IMG/VR virus record: IMGVR_UViG_3300049988_000286
Coordinates: 96,001 to 160,000 of that record
Origin: a virus
Taxonomy: Duplodnaviria > Caudoviricetes
DNA length: 64,000 bases
Direction: 5' to 3' (one strand)
The notes beneath the pieces were generated by a model. It was not told where the DNA came from. It saw only the letters and a program-made list of their open reading frames with translations, and made no database searches. The translations under genes were made by a program, and so were the position numbers. This document shows positions 37,990-48,000 of this stretch, piece by piece; the first letter of the stretch is position 1, and every line of letters begins with the position of its first letter.

Positions 37990-39090
37990 ATGGTCGAATA
38001 TCTGTTGTTGTTGGTTCCGCCGCTGCTCGTCGTCATCGGCATGAAGTATTTCTGTCATGCGGAGATCACGTGGCAGGAGGCGGGAGCACAGGCCCTGATC
38101 GCGATCATCCTCGTCACCACCGTCTACTCGGTGTCGAGGTATTCGCAGATGGCCGATACCGAAATCCTCAATGGTCAGGTGACTGCCAAGAGCAAGGAGT
38201 GGACCTCCTGCTCGCATAGCTACTCGTGCAATTGCCGCACCGTCACGTCGGGCTCGGGTCCAAACGCCACGACCTCGACGCAGTGCGATACCTGCTATGA
38301 GCACCTCAACGACTGGGACTGGACGGTCAAGTCCACGGTGGGGCGCTTCGACATCGATCGGATCGATAGCCGTGGGTCGGAAGAGCCGCCGCGCTGGACC
38401 AAGGTGGCGGTAGGTCAGCCGGTGGCGCGCGAACACCGCTATACCAACTACATTCGTGGTGCGAAGGACAGCCTCTTCAATGAGGAATTCCTCAAGAAGA
38501 ACTATCGCGGCCCGCTCCCCGACTATCCCTCCACCTACGACTACCAATACGCCGATCGGGTTATCGCCACGCCGGGCACCCGTGTCGCCGATCTTCGTGG
38601 ATGGAACGAACGGCTCGCCATGATGCTGCGTGCGATCGGCCCGGCGAAACAGGCCAATATCGTCATGGTGATGACCCATGAGGGGCCGGGGTTCGCGGAA
38701 GCGCTGCGGGGCCATTGGCTGGGTGGTAAGAAGAACGACATCATCGTTGTCGTAGGGACCAATTATCCTGCGATTACTTGGGTGCGCGTCTTCTCATGGG
38801 CGCAGCAGGACATAATCAACGTCATGCTTCGAAATGAACTCACCGAATCGAAGACGCTTGACATTGGCCGAACTATGGATATCATCGGCCGCAATGTGGT
38901 GACCTACTACCAGCGCAAGCCAATGAAGGAGTTCGAGTATCTGGCCAATGATGTAAGCCCGCCAATGTGGGTGCTCGTCATGGCGCTGATCCTCGGGACC
39001 GGAGCATCGATCGGCGCTGGTGTGTACTTCATGCAGAACGAATGTTTCGGACAGAAGAGCAGCTTCGGTCGCTCGCCTTTCCGTCGCTGA
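37990..39090 (+). CDS. membrane protein with Cys-rich periplasmic domain
   Basis: N- and C-terminal TM helices; CSHSYSCNC...CDTCYEH. Confidence 0.75.
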   Translation: MVEYLLLLVPPLLVVIGMKYFCHAEITWQEAGAQALIAIILVTTVYSVSRYSQMADTEILNGQVTAKSKEWTSCSHSYSCNCRTVTSGSGPNATTSTQCDTCYEHLNDWDWTVKSTVGRFDIDRIDSRGSEEPPRWTKVAVGQPVAREHRYTNYIRGAKDSLFNEEFLKKNYRGPLPDYPSTYDYQYADRVIATPGTRVADLRGWNERLAMMLRAIGPAKQANIVMVMTHEGPGFAEALRGHWLGGKKNDIIVVVGTNYPAITWVRVFSWAQQDIINVMLRNELTESKTLDIGRTMDIIGRNVVTYYQRKPMKEFEYLANDVSPPMWVLVMALILGTGASIGAGVYFMQNECFGQKSSFGRSPFRR

Positions 39091-39112
39091 AACCTCTATC
39101 AAGGAATAATCA

Positions 39113-39679
39113 ATGAATAAGATTTCCCCCATCTTCGTCGCCCTTGGCGTCATTGGCCTCGCCATCGTGGTGCTGGTAGGCGGCTACATTTCGGGCAACA
39201 ACACCGCTGCGCGTTACGAGGCGAACATCAACGCCTCCTACAAGGACAGCCAGAACGTGCTCGGCCAACTCGCCCCCAAGCTGCGCGAGTCGGTGAGCAT
39301 CACCAAGGTGCAGGAGGCGGCGCTTCGCAACATCATCACCGGCGCGAACACCTCGCGGTACGGCCCCAATGGCACCGCAGCCGCCGTGCAGGTGATTCAG
39401 GAGTCGAACCCGACGCTCGACCAGTCCAGCTACGCGCGGATCGTCGCCATGATCGAGGCGACGCGCAATGACTTCGCGACCAAGCAGCGCCGCACCGCCG
39501 ACGAGATGCGGGGCTACAAGACCGCGCTCACGACGCTGCCGGGCAGCATGTTCATCAAGATGGCGGGCTACCCCACGGCGGGCTTCATCGAGAAGTACGA
39601 TGTCGTCGTCCAGTCGAGCCACTCCGACAATGCCTTCAAGACCGGCATCGACGACGGCGTGGACATCAACAGCTTCTAA
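39113..39679 (+). CDS. LemA-like membrane-anchored coiled-coil protein
   Basis: TM anchor, YISGNN, QESNP, IEATRNDF, Y...L..PGSMF pattern. Confidence 0.6.
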   Translation: MNKISPIFVALGVIGLAIVVLVGGYISGNNTAARYEANINASYKDSQNVLGQLAPKLRESVSITKVQEAALRNIITGANTSRYGPNGTAAAVQVIQESNPTLDQSSYARIVAMIEATRNDFATKQRRTADEMRGYKTALTTLPGSMFIKMAGYPTAGFIEKYDVVVQSSHSDNAFKTGIDDGVDINSF

Positions 39680-39720
39680 CCGGGTGGGGGCCTCGTGCCC
39701 CCATCCTCTATTGGAGAATC

Positions 39721-40056
39721 GTGATGCCCAATCCCCCTACCCTCAACACACCCTTCGACTGGGCGCTCCGGGTCGCCTCCTCGGTGATCAGCTACCTCTA
39801 CATGTACGCCTTGGCGCTGATCGTCTTCGTGATCTTCCCCGGCTGGTTCATCAAGATCGTGTGGATGACGGGGGGCGCGACATTCCTCGCCTTGGTGGCG
39901 ATCGTCATCATCGGGAACGTGGTGCTCCGTAGGGAGGGGCGACTGACGCCGAAGCAATACGCCATCGCGGCGATGCTCGCGGTGGTCTGGCCCATTGCCC
40001 TGATGGTCGGCCTCTCCAACGACGTTGAGCGCTACATGAACGGAGAACCGCTGTGA
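39721..40056 (+). CDS. membrane protein (3 TM)
   Basis: Hydrophobic helices. Confidence 0.65.
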   Translation: MMPNPPTLNTPFDWALRVASSVISYLYMYALALIVFVIFPGWFIKIVWMTGGATFLALVAIVIIGNVVLRREGRLTPKQYAIAAMLAVVWPIALMVGLSNDVERYMNGEPL

Positions 40057-40352
40057 CGACACTCGAACGCGCCATGCGGGCACGAGATAAGGTGCGCCAG
40101 TCGCCCACCGCGATCAACATCATGGCGTTCTTCGCCGTGATCGACGACATTCCTATTACCCGCTTCGATCCCTCGGTGAAGGAATTCGGTGAGCGCACCT
40201 TCACCGACGAAGAGATCACCGCGATGCCGCAGGAGCGTCAGGCCTTCGCCCTCTTGGCGCAAGTCGCCGGGGTGGCGGGTTCGGAGCGTCTCGGTGAGGA
40301 GTTGGTGAAGTGGACGCGGGCGCGGTTCCAAGCCATGCGGGAAAACACTTGA
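40053..40352 (+). CDS. hypothetical protein
   Basis: GTGA overlap. Confidence 0.6.
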   Translation: MTTLERAMRARDKVRQSPTAINIMAFFAVIDDIPITRFDPSVKEFGERTFTDEEITAMPQERQAFALLAQVAGVAGSERLGEELVKWTRARFQAMRENT

Positions 40353-40396
40353 CCCGCTAAACAATTATGCTAATAGTTCGGTCAAGGAGATCGAAC

Positions 40397-41845
40397 ATGG
40401 CATCAGCGGCGCAGCAGGTTCATTTCAGCATCGATGGCGAGTGGCTCACGGGTCATGTGCGCGATCTCGTCATCGAAGGCCGCTGGGATCACGCCATGCG
40501 GACTCTCAAGGAACTTGAGGGCATGACCGCCGACATCGCGATCACGATCCTGCGCGGCGATAAGAAGCTCGTCGGCGTCAACGATCTCTCGCTCGCCGAC
40601 GATGATGCGACCGAGTATCGCGCCACGCTCGATCAGATGTTCTCCGGCGTCTTCGTCGATCAGTGGGGGACTTATCTGCGCCCCTACGCGGTAGTGACGG
40701 CATGGGGGCAGCGCGATCTCTGTGACGGTGATCTCCCGACGCTGACGCGCGGCAGCACCTTCGCGGATTTCGCCACCTATCGCGGCGGCACGCGCCGCTC
40801 TTACCGCAACCCGCTCATCTACGCCGACCACCCCACCGACGTGTCGGTCAAGGTCAGGGTTCCGGAGGGGCAGACGAGCACCTCGCGCGGCGGCAGTCTC
40901 GGTGACGAGATCGTCCTGTGCCGTGTCGTCGATGGTTTCCCGCATCTCATCCGGGACTCGCACGGGAACGGTAATGCCGCCGGGGCGATCCGGGAGTTGT
41001 TCGAGCGCGGTATCCTTCTGCGCGAGGTTGGTGCCTTCGAGGGTAGCGCAGAGGACGCGGCGGCGATCGTGGAGAAGGGTACCCGCGCCGATGCCGACAA
41101 GGTGCTCGATGATGCGCGCAGCGATCCGGTGCGTCTCAAGGCCGTGCTGGAAATCACCCAGCGGATGCAGGACAACAAGCTGGCTGATTATCGCACGCGC
41201 ATCATCGAGCAAGCCGGTGACGACTTCTTCGATCTCCCCTACCGGGACGGTGACGAGGAGAAGGTAGCGCGTGTCCCCACCGCACCGTTCGAGAACTGGG
41301 CGCTGTGGCGCACCGCTGGTGCTGGTTTGGCCAAGCCGTGGCAGACCATCTGCCCTTCGGGCATGAAGATGTATGGCGACGATCCCTATCACACTGACTG
41401 GATGGTCGGTGCCGGGCTGCCGCTCGATAAGATGAACGACGACAACTCCACGCTGTCGAAAGTCGCCTTCCAGCGCAACTGGGATATACAGGAGAGCCTG
41501 ATGTCCTTCGAGGCGGCGGTGCTCTGCGGTGACGGGGACGCCTATGGCGAAGTCGTGCACCCCAAGGCGGGCGAGGAAGTTGAGCCGGATCAGATCGCGG
41601 TTATCCCCGCCGCATCGGCGCGGTATCTCGCTGCCGCGATCACGGCACGGGCCGTGATTGTTGAACAGGGCGGCGCGATGGCGCATCTCGTCACCGTGGC
41701 ACGGGAACAGGGCGTGACCATCATGCGAATGGAGGGTGCTCGCACCAAGTATCCGGTGGGCTCGCGCGTCACCATGCGTCCCTCGGAGGGCGTCATCCGA
41801 ATGGCAAGCATCCCGGTCCGCGATGCCTTCGGGGACATCGACTAA
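40397..41845 (+). CDS. protein with C-terminal PEP-utilising mobile (phosphohistidine) domain
   Basis: AVIVEQGGAMAHLVTVAREQGV matches the GGxxxHxxxxARExG swivel motif. Confidence 0.7.
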   Translation: MASAAQQVHFSIDGEWLTGHVRDLVIEGRWDHAMRTLKELEGMTADIAITILRGDKKLVGVNDLSLADDDATEYRATLDQMFSGVFVDQWGTYLRPYAVVTAWGQRDLCDGDLPTLTRGSTFADFATYRGGTRRSYRNPLIYADHPTDVSVKVRVPEGQTSTSRGGSLGDEIVLCRVVDGFPHLIRDSHGNGNAAGAIRELFERGILLREVGAFEGSAEDAAAIVEKGTRADADKVLDDARSDPVRLKAVLEITQRMQDNKLADYRTRIIEQAGDDFFDLPYRDGDEEKVARVPTAPFENWALWRTAGAGLAKPWQTICPSGMKMYGDDPYHTDWMVGAGLPLDKMNDDNSTLSKVAFQRNWDIQESLMSFEAAVLCGDGDAYGEVVHPKAGEEVEPDQIAVIPAASARYLAAAITARAVIVEQGGAMAHLVTVAREQGVTIMRMEGARTKYPVGSRVTMRPSEGVIRMASIPVRDAFGDID

Positions 41846-41847
41846 TA

Positions 41848-42168
41848 ATGACATCACGGCTGTCGCGAGGTAGTCTCTTCCCTCATATCAGAGAGGTGAA
41901 GATGTTCGAGACTGCACGCGACAGCAAGGTGTATAAGCGCGCCGTTGATCGCGCCATGGAGAAAGTCACCCTGCCGAGTGCGGAGGAGACCTTCCTGACC
42001 TTCATGCGCCGGGTCGCCATTGCGGGGATTGAGGCGTTCGAGGACGAGATCGATCAGGGGCGTTACGCGCGTTCACGGGACTTGCGCGATGCGCTATCTG
42101 GACTATACTTCCGAACAGACCTCGATCCGGAATTGAAGACGATGATCGGGACGGTTCTCAAGCTTTAA
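41848..42168 (+). CDS. hypothetical protein
   Basis: ORF in an operon. Confidence 0.55.
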   Translation: MTSRLSRGSLFPHIREVKMFETARDSKVYKRAVDRAMEKVTLPSAEETFLTFMRRVAIAGIEAFEDEIDQGRYARSRDLRDALSGLYFRTDLDPELKTMIGTVLKL

Positions 42169-42176
42169 GGAACGAC

Positions 42177-43100
42177 ATGGGCAGCACCGACGCCGTATGC
42201 GGTATTTCAGGCATGGCTATTCCCGAAGGCGGCGAAGTCGTCACGATGATCATCCAGCGCAATCCGCGCCAAGGTGATCTGCCCCTCTACTCATTTTCCT
42301 CGTGGTACCCCGCCTCTCCGCTGGTTCGGGGCACCTATGACGACTACCTCTCGGTGGCTATCGACGATGATGCAACGGCGGCATGGCGGGCCACGCAGGA
42401 AAGTGCTCGCCGGACATGGCGGATCAAGACTTTTCCGGCGACGGACCAGCATGGCGAGCGCACCGTGCATGTGCCGCATCGGCTCGACTACACATATACG
42501 ATTGACGGCCAGAGACAAGAGATTGGTGATTCAACAGACGATGATACGAAGCTCTGCGACTTCGCCCTCTGGATGGCGCACGCCGAAGTATTCGATTATC
42601 TCGCCGCCACCGTGGAGATCGACTTCGATTATCTCGGGAACCAGCGCTACACCGAAGGCGTGATCGCAGATGCGATCGAGGACGCGAAGGCGAAGGGGCT
42701 GGCGCAGATGCGTGGGGAGGAACTCCCCTTCTTCGTCACCGATTATCTCGCGCGCTTTCCCGACGACACGGCGAGTATTCCTCGGCTGATCCGTTCTCGT
42801 TCACCTTGGGCGCACCCCTCGACGGGATGCTACTCGCCCCTGTTCGACTTTTACGACGAGCACATCTGGGATGCCTTTGAGGCCGGAAAGATGGAGGAGG
42901 TGGCGCGCCTGATCTCGTGGTGGGGTGGCTCCTCTACGATCATGCTCATCCTGCAAAATCTGCGGAAACAGCTTTGTGACCCCGGCGCGGTAGGGCAGCA
43001 GCACGGGCACGATCAGCCCTTCGAAGCCTTGGCGCGGGCGATCGGCCGTCAGGCCGAAGCGCACCGCTACCGTTTCGGCAATGGTGAGGACGAGGCGTGA
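42177..43100 (+). CDS. hypothetical protein (307 aa)
   Basis: N-terminal CGISGMAI, RGTYDDY motif. Confidence 0.7.
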   Translation: MGSTDAVCGISGMAIPEGGEVVTMIIQRNPRQGDLPLYSFSSWYPASPLVRGTYDDYLSVAIDDDATAAWRATQESARRTWRIKTFPATDQHGERTVHVPHRLDYTYTIDGQRQEIGDSTDDDTKLCDFALWMAHAEVFDYLAATVEIDFDYLGNQRYTEGVIADAIEDAKAKGLAQMRGEELPFFVTDYLARFPDDTASIPRLIRSRSPWAHPSTGCYSPLFDFYDEHIWDAFEAGKMEEVARLISWWGGSSTIMLILQNLRKQLCDPGAVGQQHGHDQPFEALARAIGRQAEAHRYRFGNGEDEA

Positions 43101-43258
43101 CCGCTCGCCCCTCCACAGTAAAGCGCCAGTCCTGCACCTGTCAGAAATGCCAGCGTTCGTGGGAGGACTTCCCCGGCCAGTGGGCGGATTACTACAATGG
43201 CTGCCCGTTCTGCGGTCATCTCTACTGGACGGTAAAGGCGGAGACAAGAGATGATTGA
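43097..43258 (+). CDS. small Zn-ribbon protein (below the ORF-track cutoff)
   Basis: Hand translation: CTCQKC...GCPFCGH; GTGA overlap. Confidence 0.5.
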   Translation: MTARPSTVKRQSCTCQKCQRSWEDFPGQWADYYNGCPFCGHLYWTVKAETRDD

Positions 43259-43372
43259 ACAGGCGATACCCGGCTTCTTCGCTCTGGCTCTAGCGGGTTT
43301 GGGGTATGTCGCGTATCTACGCGACAAGGCACAGACCAAGAAGCGTCAGGCTAGTGATGAGACGAGAGAACA

Positions 43373-43885
43373 ATGAAGGTAGGTTTCTACGCGGGATCAT
43401 TTGATCCCATTACACTCGGTCACCTCGACATCATTGAGCAAGCCGCTCGCGTGTTCGATCGCCTCCACGTCGAGATTGGCATCAACCCGCGCAAGACGCC
43501 GATGTTCAGCATCAGTGAACGCGCGGACATGATCGAGGAAACGCTGGCAGAACGCCGCCAGCGGAGCGTTCCCGGTCAGCATCACTGCACGATCGAGGTC
43601 GGGACGTATTCGGGGGCGCTGATGGATCGTGCCGACGCTTTAGAGGCTACCGCAATCGTGCGCGGCCTTCGTCAGATCAGCGACTTCAACGATGAGTTTA
43701 CGATCAATGGTATGGTGTCTCGACTCCTGCCTGAAGTCCCGATGGTCTATTTCATCTGCCATCACGAGTTCCTTCATGTCTCGTCATCGAGCGCGAAAGA
43801 ACTGGCTCGCTACGGCTACCACGCCGAGATCGACTGGATGGTAGGTCGGGCAGTTCGAGACAAGCTACGCGCCCAATTTGAATAA
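43373..43885 (+). CDS. coaD: phosphopantetheine adenylyltransferase
   Basis: YAGSFDPITLGHLDII, NPRKTPMFS, VRGLR, DF..E, VSSSSAKE. Confidence 0.92.
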   Translation: MKVGFYAGSFDPITLGHLDIIEQAARVFDRLHVEIGINPRKTPMFSISERADMIEETLAERRQRSVPGQHHCTIEVGTYSGALMDRADALEATAIVRGLRQISDFNDEFTINGMVSRLLPEVPMVYFICHHEFLHVSSSSAKELARYGYHAEIDWMVGRAVRDKLRAQFE

Positions 43886-43919
43886 TGCGCCACCGCAGTG
43901 GTCTCGATAGTATCTGGGT

Positions 43920-46028
43920 ATGGAAGAAGAATATCCCGAGTTCCTCCACCAGACGCTATCGAATGGAACCACTATGGAAGACGTTTTTCATATCAAGACT
44001 GCGATGAATGTCCTTGCGACGTGGAAGGGCAGCTTCTCCGACGAATCGTTCCTGCGACTCCTCATTGATCGCTTCCCCGGCCAGATCGCTGGTCCGACCG
44101 GCTGGGTGAACGAGATCAAGCGCCGCGAGAAAGAGTATTTCGACGCTAACCCCGACGCTTCTTCGGTCTTCGTGCCTTATGCGAAGTTCCTCACAGAGAC
44201 CGACATCGCCACGATCATCATCGATCCCGTCCTCGACTTCGTTGAGGGTGCTCGCGGTCCGATGCCCATCACTACCACGTGCCGCACCCTCGCAACCGTG
44301 CTCGAATTGTCCGAGCCGGAAACGATTTTGCTCCAACTCGCCATCGACATGAAGAGCATGAACTATCCCTACGAGGCCTTCTACCCTCGTATGCTCAACA
44401 TCTTCGACAATCGTGAGAACGGATTGGCGGCGATCCTCGGCCTCACCCGCGAACAGGTCCGACAAGCGACGACCGGATTCTTGGTCAAGAGCGGCTTCAT
44501 CGTGCCCACCGCCTATCCCGAGGGCTATTACCAGATCGCTGCCGTGTTCGAGGACAGCTTCGACAATGCCAACATCGAGATCGGCGACCTCGACGATCTT
44601 CTCTTCCCGCAGACGATCTCCACCGATCTCACCGTGGAGGATTATGCCCACGTGGAGGTCGATGTCACTCGCACCGAGAAGATCGTCAACAACGCGCTTT
44701 CGTCGCGCGTGCCGGGCACCAACATCCTCCTGTGGGGACCGGCGGGGACGGGTAAAACCGAACTAGCCCTTGCCTTGGCGGCGAAGAACGGCTGGAAGCT
44801 GAAGTCGATCGGCGACATCTCGGCAAGCGACGATGGTGAGAAATCGCGTGCACAGCGGTTGGGAAGCCTCAAGATCGCTCTGAAGTTGTTCAACACCGAC
44901 ACCAACACGGTGCTGCTCTTCGATGAGATCGAGGATTTGTTCAAGGTTGATAACAACGCTACCTTCTCCAAGGCATTCATCAACCGGATCATCGAGACCA
45001 CCACGGTGCCGATCATCTGGACGACCAACTCGCTCCTCGCCTTGGGGTCGCCGGTGCTGCGCCGCATGACCTACAACATCCACTGCACCACACCCTCGAA
45101 GAAGGCCCGGCGCGCTATGTGGGAGAAGTATGCGACCAACTACGGGGTCAAGCTGGACGCCGACACCAAGACGATGCTCGACGCGTTCGACATCTCTCCG
45201 GCACTGATCCGCAATTCGATGCGGGTGACCGCATCGGCACTCGCCGCCGACGCAGAGGCGAGCCAGAAGGACGTGCGCGAGATCGTCTCCTCGCTCGATC
45301 GTCTCGTCAACTTCGGCGAGAAGCGTAAGTTCGATCTTGGTGAGCCCGAAGACCCGTTCTACGACGCCTCATGTGCCAACACGGAGATCGACCTCGATAA
45401 CTTCACCGCGCGCCTCATGGATGCCAAACCGGGCTTCTCCCTGTGCCTCTACGGTCCCCCCGGAACCGGCAAGTCCAAGTATGGGCGCTATCTCGCTGCC
45501 AAGATGGGCAAGCAGGTGCTCTTCAAGCGCGCCAGCGATCTTCAGTCGATGTGGGTCGGTGAATGCGAGAAGAACATCGCCCGCGCCTTCGAGGAGGCTC
45601 GTGAGGACGGCAAGGTGTTGATCATCGACGAGGGCGATACCTTCCTGCGCAATCGCGAGCGCGCCAAACAGTCGTGGGAGGTTAGTCAGGTCAACGAGAT
45701 GCTCTCCCAGATGGAGTCGCATCCCCAGCCCTTCGTTCTGACCACGAACCTGATGGACGACCTCGACCCCGCATCGCTGCGTCGCTTCACCTTCAAGATG
45801 AAGTTCGACTTCATGACGCCCGCACAAGCATCACGCCTGTTCGAGCGCTACTTCAAGGTCAGGGCACCGGCGGCGATCATGCGTAACCATATCCTCGCGC
45901 CCGGCGACTTCGCCAACGTGAAGAAGCAGGTGGAGATTCTGGGCCTTCACGACGCCGATGCGATTTACAAGATCGTCATGGACGAGTGCGCGCAGAAGCC
46001 GAATTACCGCCGCGATATCGGTTTCTGA
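43920..46028 (+). CDS. tandem double AAA+ ATPase
   Basis: GPAGTGKT/LLFDE and GPPGTGKS/LIIDEGD, SRH DPASLRRF. Confidence 0.9.
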   Translation: MEEEYPEFLHQTLSNGTTMEDVFHIKTAMNVLATWKGSFSDESFLRLLIDRFPGQIAGPTGWVNEIKRREKEYFDANPDASSVFVPYAKFLTETDIATIIIDPVLDFVEGARGPMPITTTCRTLATVLELSEPETILLQLAIDMKSMNYPYEAFYPRMLNIFDNRENGLAAILGLTREQVRQATTGFLVKSGFIVPTAYPEGYYQIAAVFEDSFDNANIEIGDLDDLLFPQTISTDLTVEDYAHVEVDVTRTEKIVNNALSSRVPGTNILLWGPAGTGKTELALALAAKNGWKLKSIGDISASDDGEKSRAQRLGSLKIALKLFNTDTNTVLLFDEIEDLFKVDNNATFSKAFINRIIETTTVPIIWTTNSLLALGSPVLRRMTYNIHCTTPSKKARRAMWEKYATNYGVKLDADTKTMLDAFDISPALIRNSMRVTASALAADAEASQKDVREIVSSLDRLVNFGEKRKFDLGEPEDPFYDASCANTEIDLDNFTARLMDAKPGFSLCLYGPPGTGKSKYGRYLAAKMGKQVLFKRASDLQSMWVGECEKNIARAFEEAREDGKVLIIDEGDTFLRNRERAKQSWEVSQVNEMLSQMESHPQPFVLTTNLMDDLDPASLRRFTFKMKFDFMTPAQASRLFERYFKVRAPAAIMRNHILAPGDFANVKKQVEILGLHDADAIYKIVMDECAQKPNYRRDIGF

Positions 46029-46037
46029 TCCGATCCT

Positions 46038-46079
46038 CCATTCCGGGACCAAGCCTTACCGGCTGGTCCCGGAGAATGG
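46038..46079. terminator. long hairpin between convergent genes
   Basis: CCGGGACC/GGTCCCGG outer stem with AGCC/GGCT inner stem. Confidence 0.55.
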
Positions 46080-46268
46080 GCTGGCATGATCCCGCCAACT
46101 GCTCATTGGCGGCGATCTCCACGATGAGCATCGAGATCGCACCGCCGATCGCCCACCGCTCCCGCAAGCGCCACCACGGAGTTTTGCGAAGGTGTGCCCT
46201 TAGGGCATCTCGCTCTCGGGTCTGACGGTCGATGACAAGCGAGATCGGGATTACGGGTTCGGCGCAGT

Positions 46269-46589
46269 TCATGCGAACATCTCCGCCAAGGCAGCATCCC
46301 ACTGGCGCGGTGCGAAGCGACCTCTGGGATAATCGTGTAGTTCCGTGGTGCGGGCACGGAGATGGATGGTGGAGGCGGCGATATCGGCCAATGCCCCCAT
46401 CTCCTCCACGGTTGTCTTGGCCACGACGGTGAGGAATTTACGCCGCTGACCTCGCGGCGGGAGGCGGACTAGGCCGCTGTCGCTCGATAGAATCTTGACG
46501 CTGGTGCTCGACAGTTTCACGAGCAGGGCTTCGATGTCGCTCTTCGGCGTCATCATCGAGAAGAACATCTGATGTTCGAAGGTTGTCAT
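46269..46589 (-). CDS. hypothetical protein
   Basis: 106-aa ORF. Confidence 0.55.
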   Translation of the reverse strand: MTTFEHQMFFSMMTPKSDIEALLVKLSSTSVKILSSDSGLVRLPPRGQRRKFLTVVAKTTVEEMGALADIAASTIHLRARTTELHDYPRGRFAPRQWDAALAEMFA

Positions 46590-46630
46590 ACCGCCCCGAT
46601 AGCAGAACCAAGGCGGTATGACAATCCGAA

Positions 46631-46894
46631 CTAGGCGGGCTCGGCTTCGAGTTCGTTCTTATCCTCGATCTCATTGCCGTCGCGATCGTCGTCGCGATGA
46701 TCGCTTGCGTGGGAAACCCGCTTGTCTTCCGAAGACGCAGAGGCGTCCGAAGGACTACCCGTAGCGATAGGCCGATCCTCCGGAATGGAGTCGTAGGTCA
46801 TCTTTACCAACGCGGGAACATCCTCGGGAAGGATCGACCGATTGTTCACGAAATATGCTTCGAGGATTTGCACCGTCTGCTCGATTCTACTCAT
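46631..46894 (-). CDS. MucR/Ros N-terminal-domain-only protein with acidic tail
   Basis: IEQTVQILEAYFVNNRSILPEDVPALVKMTYDSI resembles the MucR LTAEIVAAYVSNH..P..LP.LI..V..AL segment; no zinc finger follows. Confidence 0.55.
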   Translation of the reverse strand: MSRIEQTVQILEAYFVNNRSILPEDVPALVKMTYDSIPEDRPIATGSPSDASASSEDKRVSHASDHRDDDRDGNEIEDKNELEAEPA

Positions 46895-47534
46895 TGCTGG
46901 GTTCCCTATGCTTGAGGATTGTAAGAATCTCACGGGCGATCTCGCCCATCTGTTTCGTCGCGTCAACGACAAAATAGGTATCGCCGTGATAGTGTGCCAT
47001 CACGGCCTCGGTCTGATTGTGGTAGCGAGATAGCCGCGCCCGAAGGGCATGGGGGTTGTCCTCCTCCCGGCGTTCCAACCCGGTTGAACAACGATCGCAT
47101 ACCATCTCGGTCAGGGGCGGCTTGAACACCACATGGTAACCGGTGCCGCAATGGGGGCAGACGAGCCGACCCGCAATGCGTTCGATGAGTAGTTGATCAG
47201 CGATTCGCAGTTCTACCACGTGGTCGATCGTCATCCCCATAGAGGCGAGTAGAGCATCGAAGACTCTGGCTTGCGCCACCGTGCGGGGGAAGCCATCGAA
47301 GACATAGTGGAGTGCTGGATCGAGGTTCGTGCGGATCAGCGCGATGGCGGTCTCGTCGGACACGAGGTGGCCCGCGTTCATATCAGCGGTGATGTTCTGC
47401 CCGAGTGGTGTCCCGGCCCTCATCTCGGCACGGAGCAACTCGCCAGTCGATAACGGCACGTAGCCGTGATCGACTAGGAGGTGGGCTTGTGTTCCTTTGC
47501 CCGAGCCGGGCGGACCAAATAGAATGATGCTCAC
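46887..47534 (-). CDS. adk: adenylate kinase (Zn-LID type)
   Basis: GPPGSGKGTQA, STGELLR, DGFPRT, CPHC...CDRC, RREEDN. Confidence 0.95.
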   Translation of the reverse strand: MSIILFGPPGSGKGTQAHLLVDHGYVPLSTGELLRAEMRAGTPLGQNITADMNAGHLVSDETAIALIRTNLDPALHYVFDGFPRTVAQARVFDALLASMGMTIDHVVELRIADQLLIERIAGRLVCPHCGTGYHVVFKPPLTEMVCDRCSTGLERREEDNPHALRARLSRYHNQTEAVMAHYHGDTYFVVDATKQMGEIAREILTILKHREPSNE

Positions 47535-47565
47535 CGCCCCCGTATGCGTAGGGGTGGGCGCGCCG

Positions 47566-48000
47566 TCAATGGGGGCGGGTAAACCCACGCAGCTTGATTG
47601 GCGGATTGGGATCGCGCTTCATCCGAAAGCCGTTTTTCGCATCGCCGAAACCGGTCACGAAACCGAAGCGCTGATACCACTCGACCAGTTTCTTGGTCGG
47701 AGTATCCGCGTACCCGTAAGCCAGCAGTGACAGGGGGACATTGAGTTCATCAGCGATCTCACATATCGCCTTGAGCGCCACGGTGCCGCTACCCTTGGTC
47801 AGCGAGTCCATGGAGTTGATGTGCACCTCCTGATTGCCCCGACTGGGCTGGCAGTGGACCGAACAGTCATGCACGATGAAGGCTTTGGGATCGAGGGGGT
47901 GATCGCGTGAAATAGCCTCAAGGCGCTTGAAGAAGTTTTCGACGGGTGATCCCTCAATTGGCACGCCGCTCAACTTGAGGATTGTCTCTAGCAAATCCAT
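47566..48000 (-). CDS. GNAT acetyltransferase-like tagged protein
   Basis: KGSGTVALKAICEIADE...LVEWYQRFGF; TAAATA 4 nt upstream. Confidence 0.7.
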   Translation of the reverse strand: MDLLETILKLSGVPIEGSPVENFFKRLEAISRDHPLDPKAFIVHDCSVHCQPSRGNQEVHINSMDSLTKGSGTVALKAICEIADELNVPLSLLAYGYADTPTKKLVEWYQRFGFVTGFGDAKNGFRMKRDPNPPIKLRGFTRPH

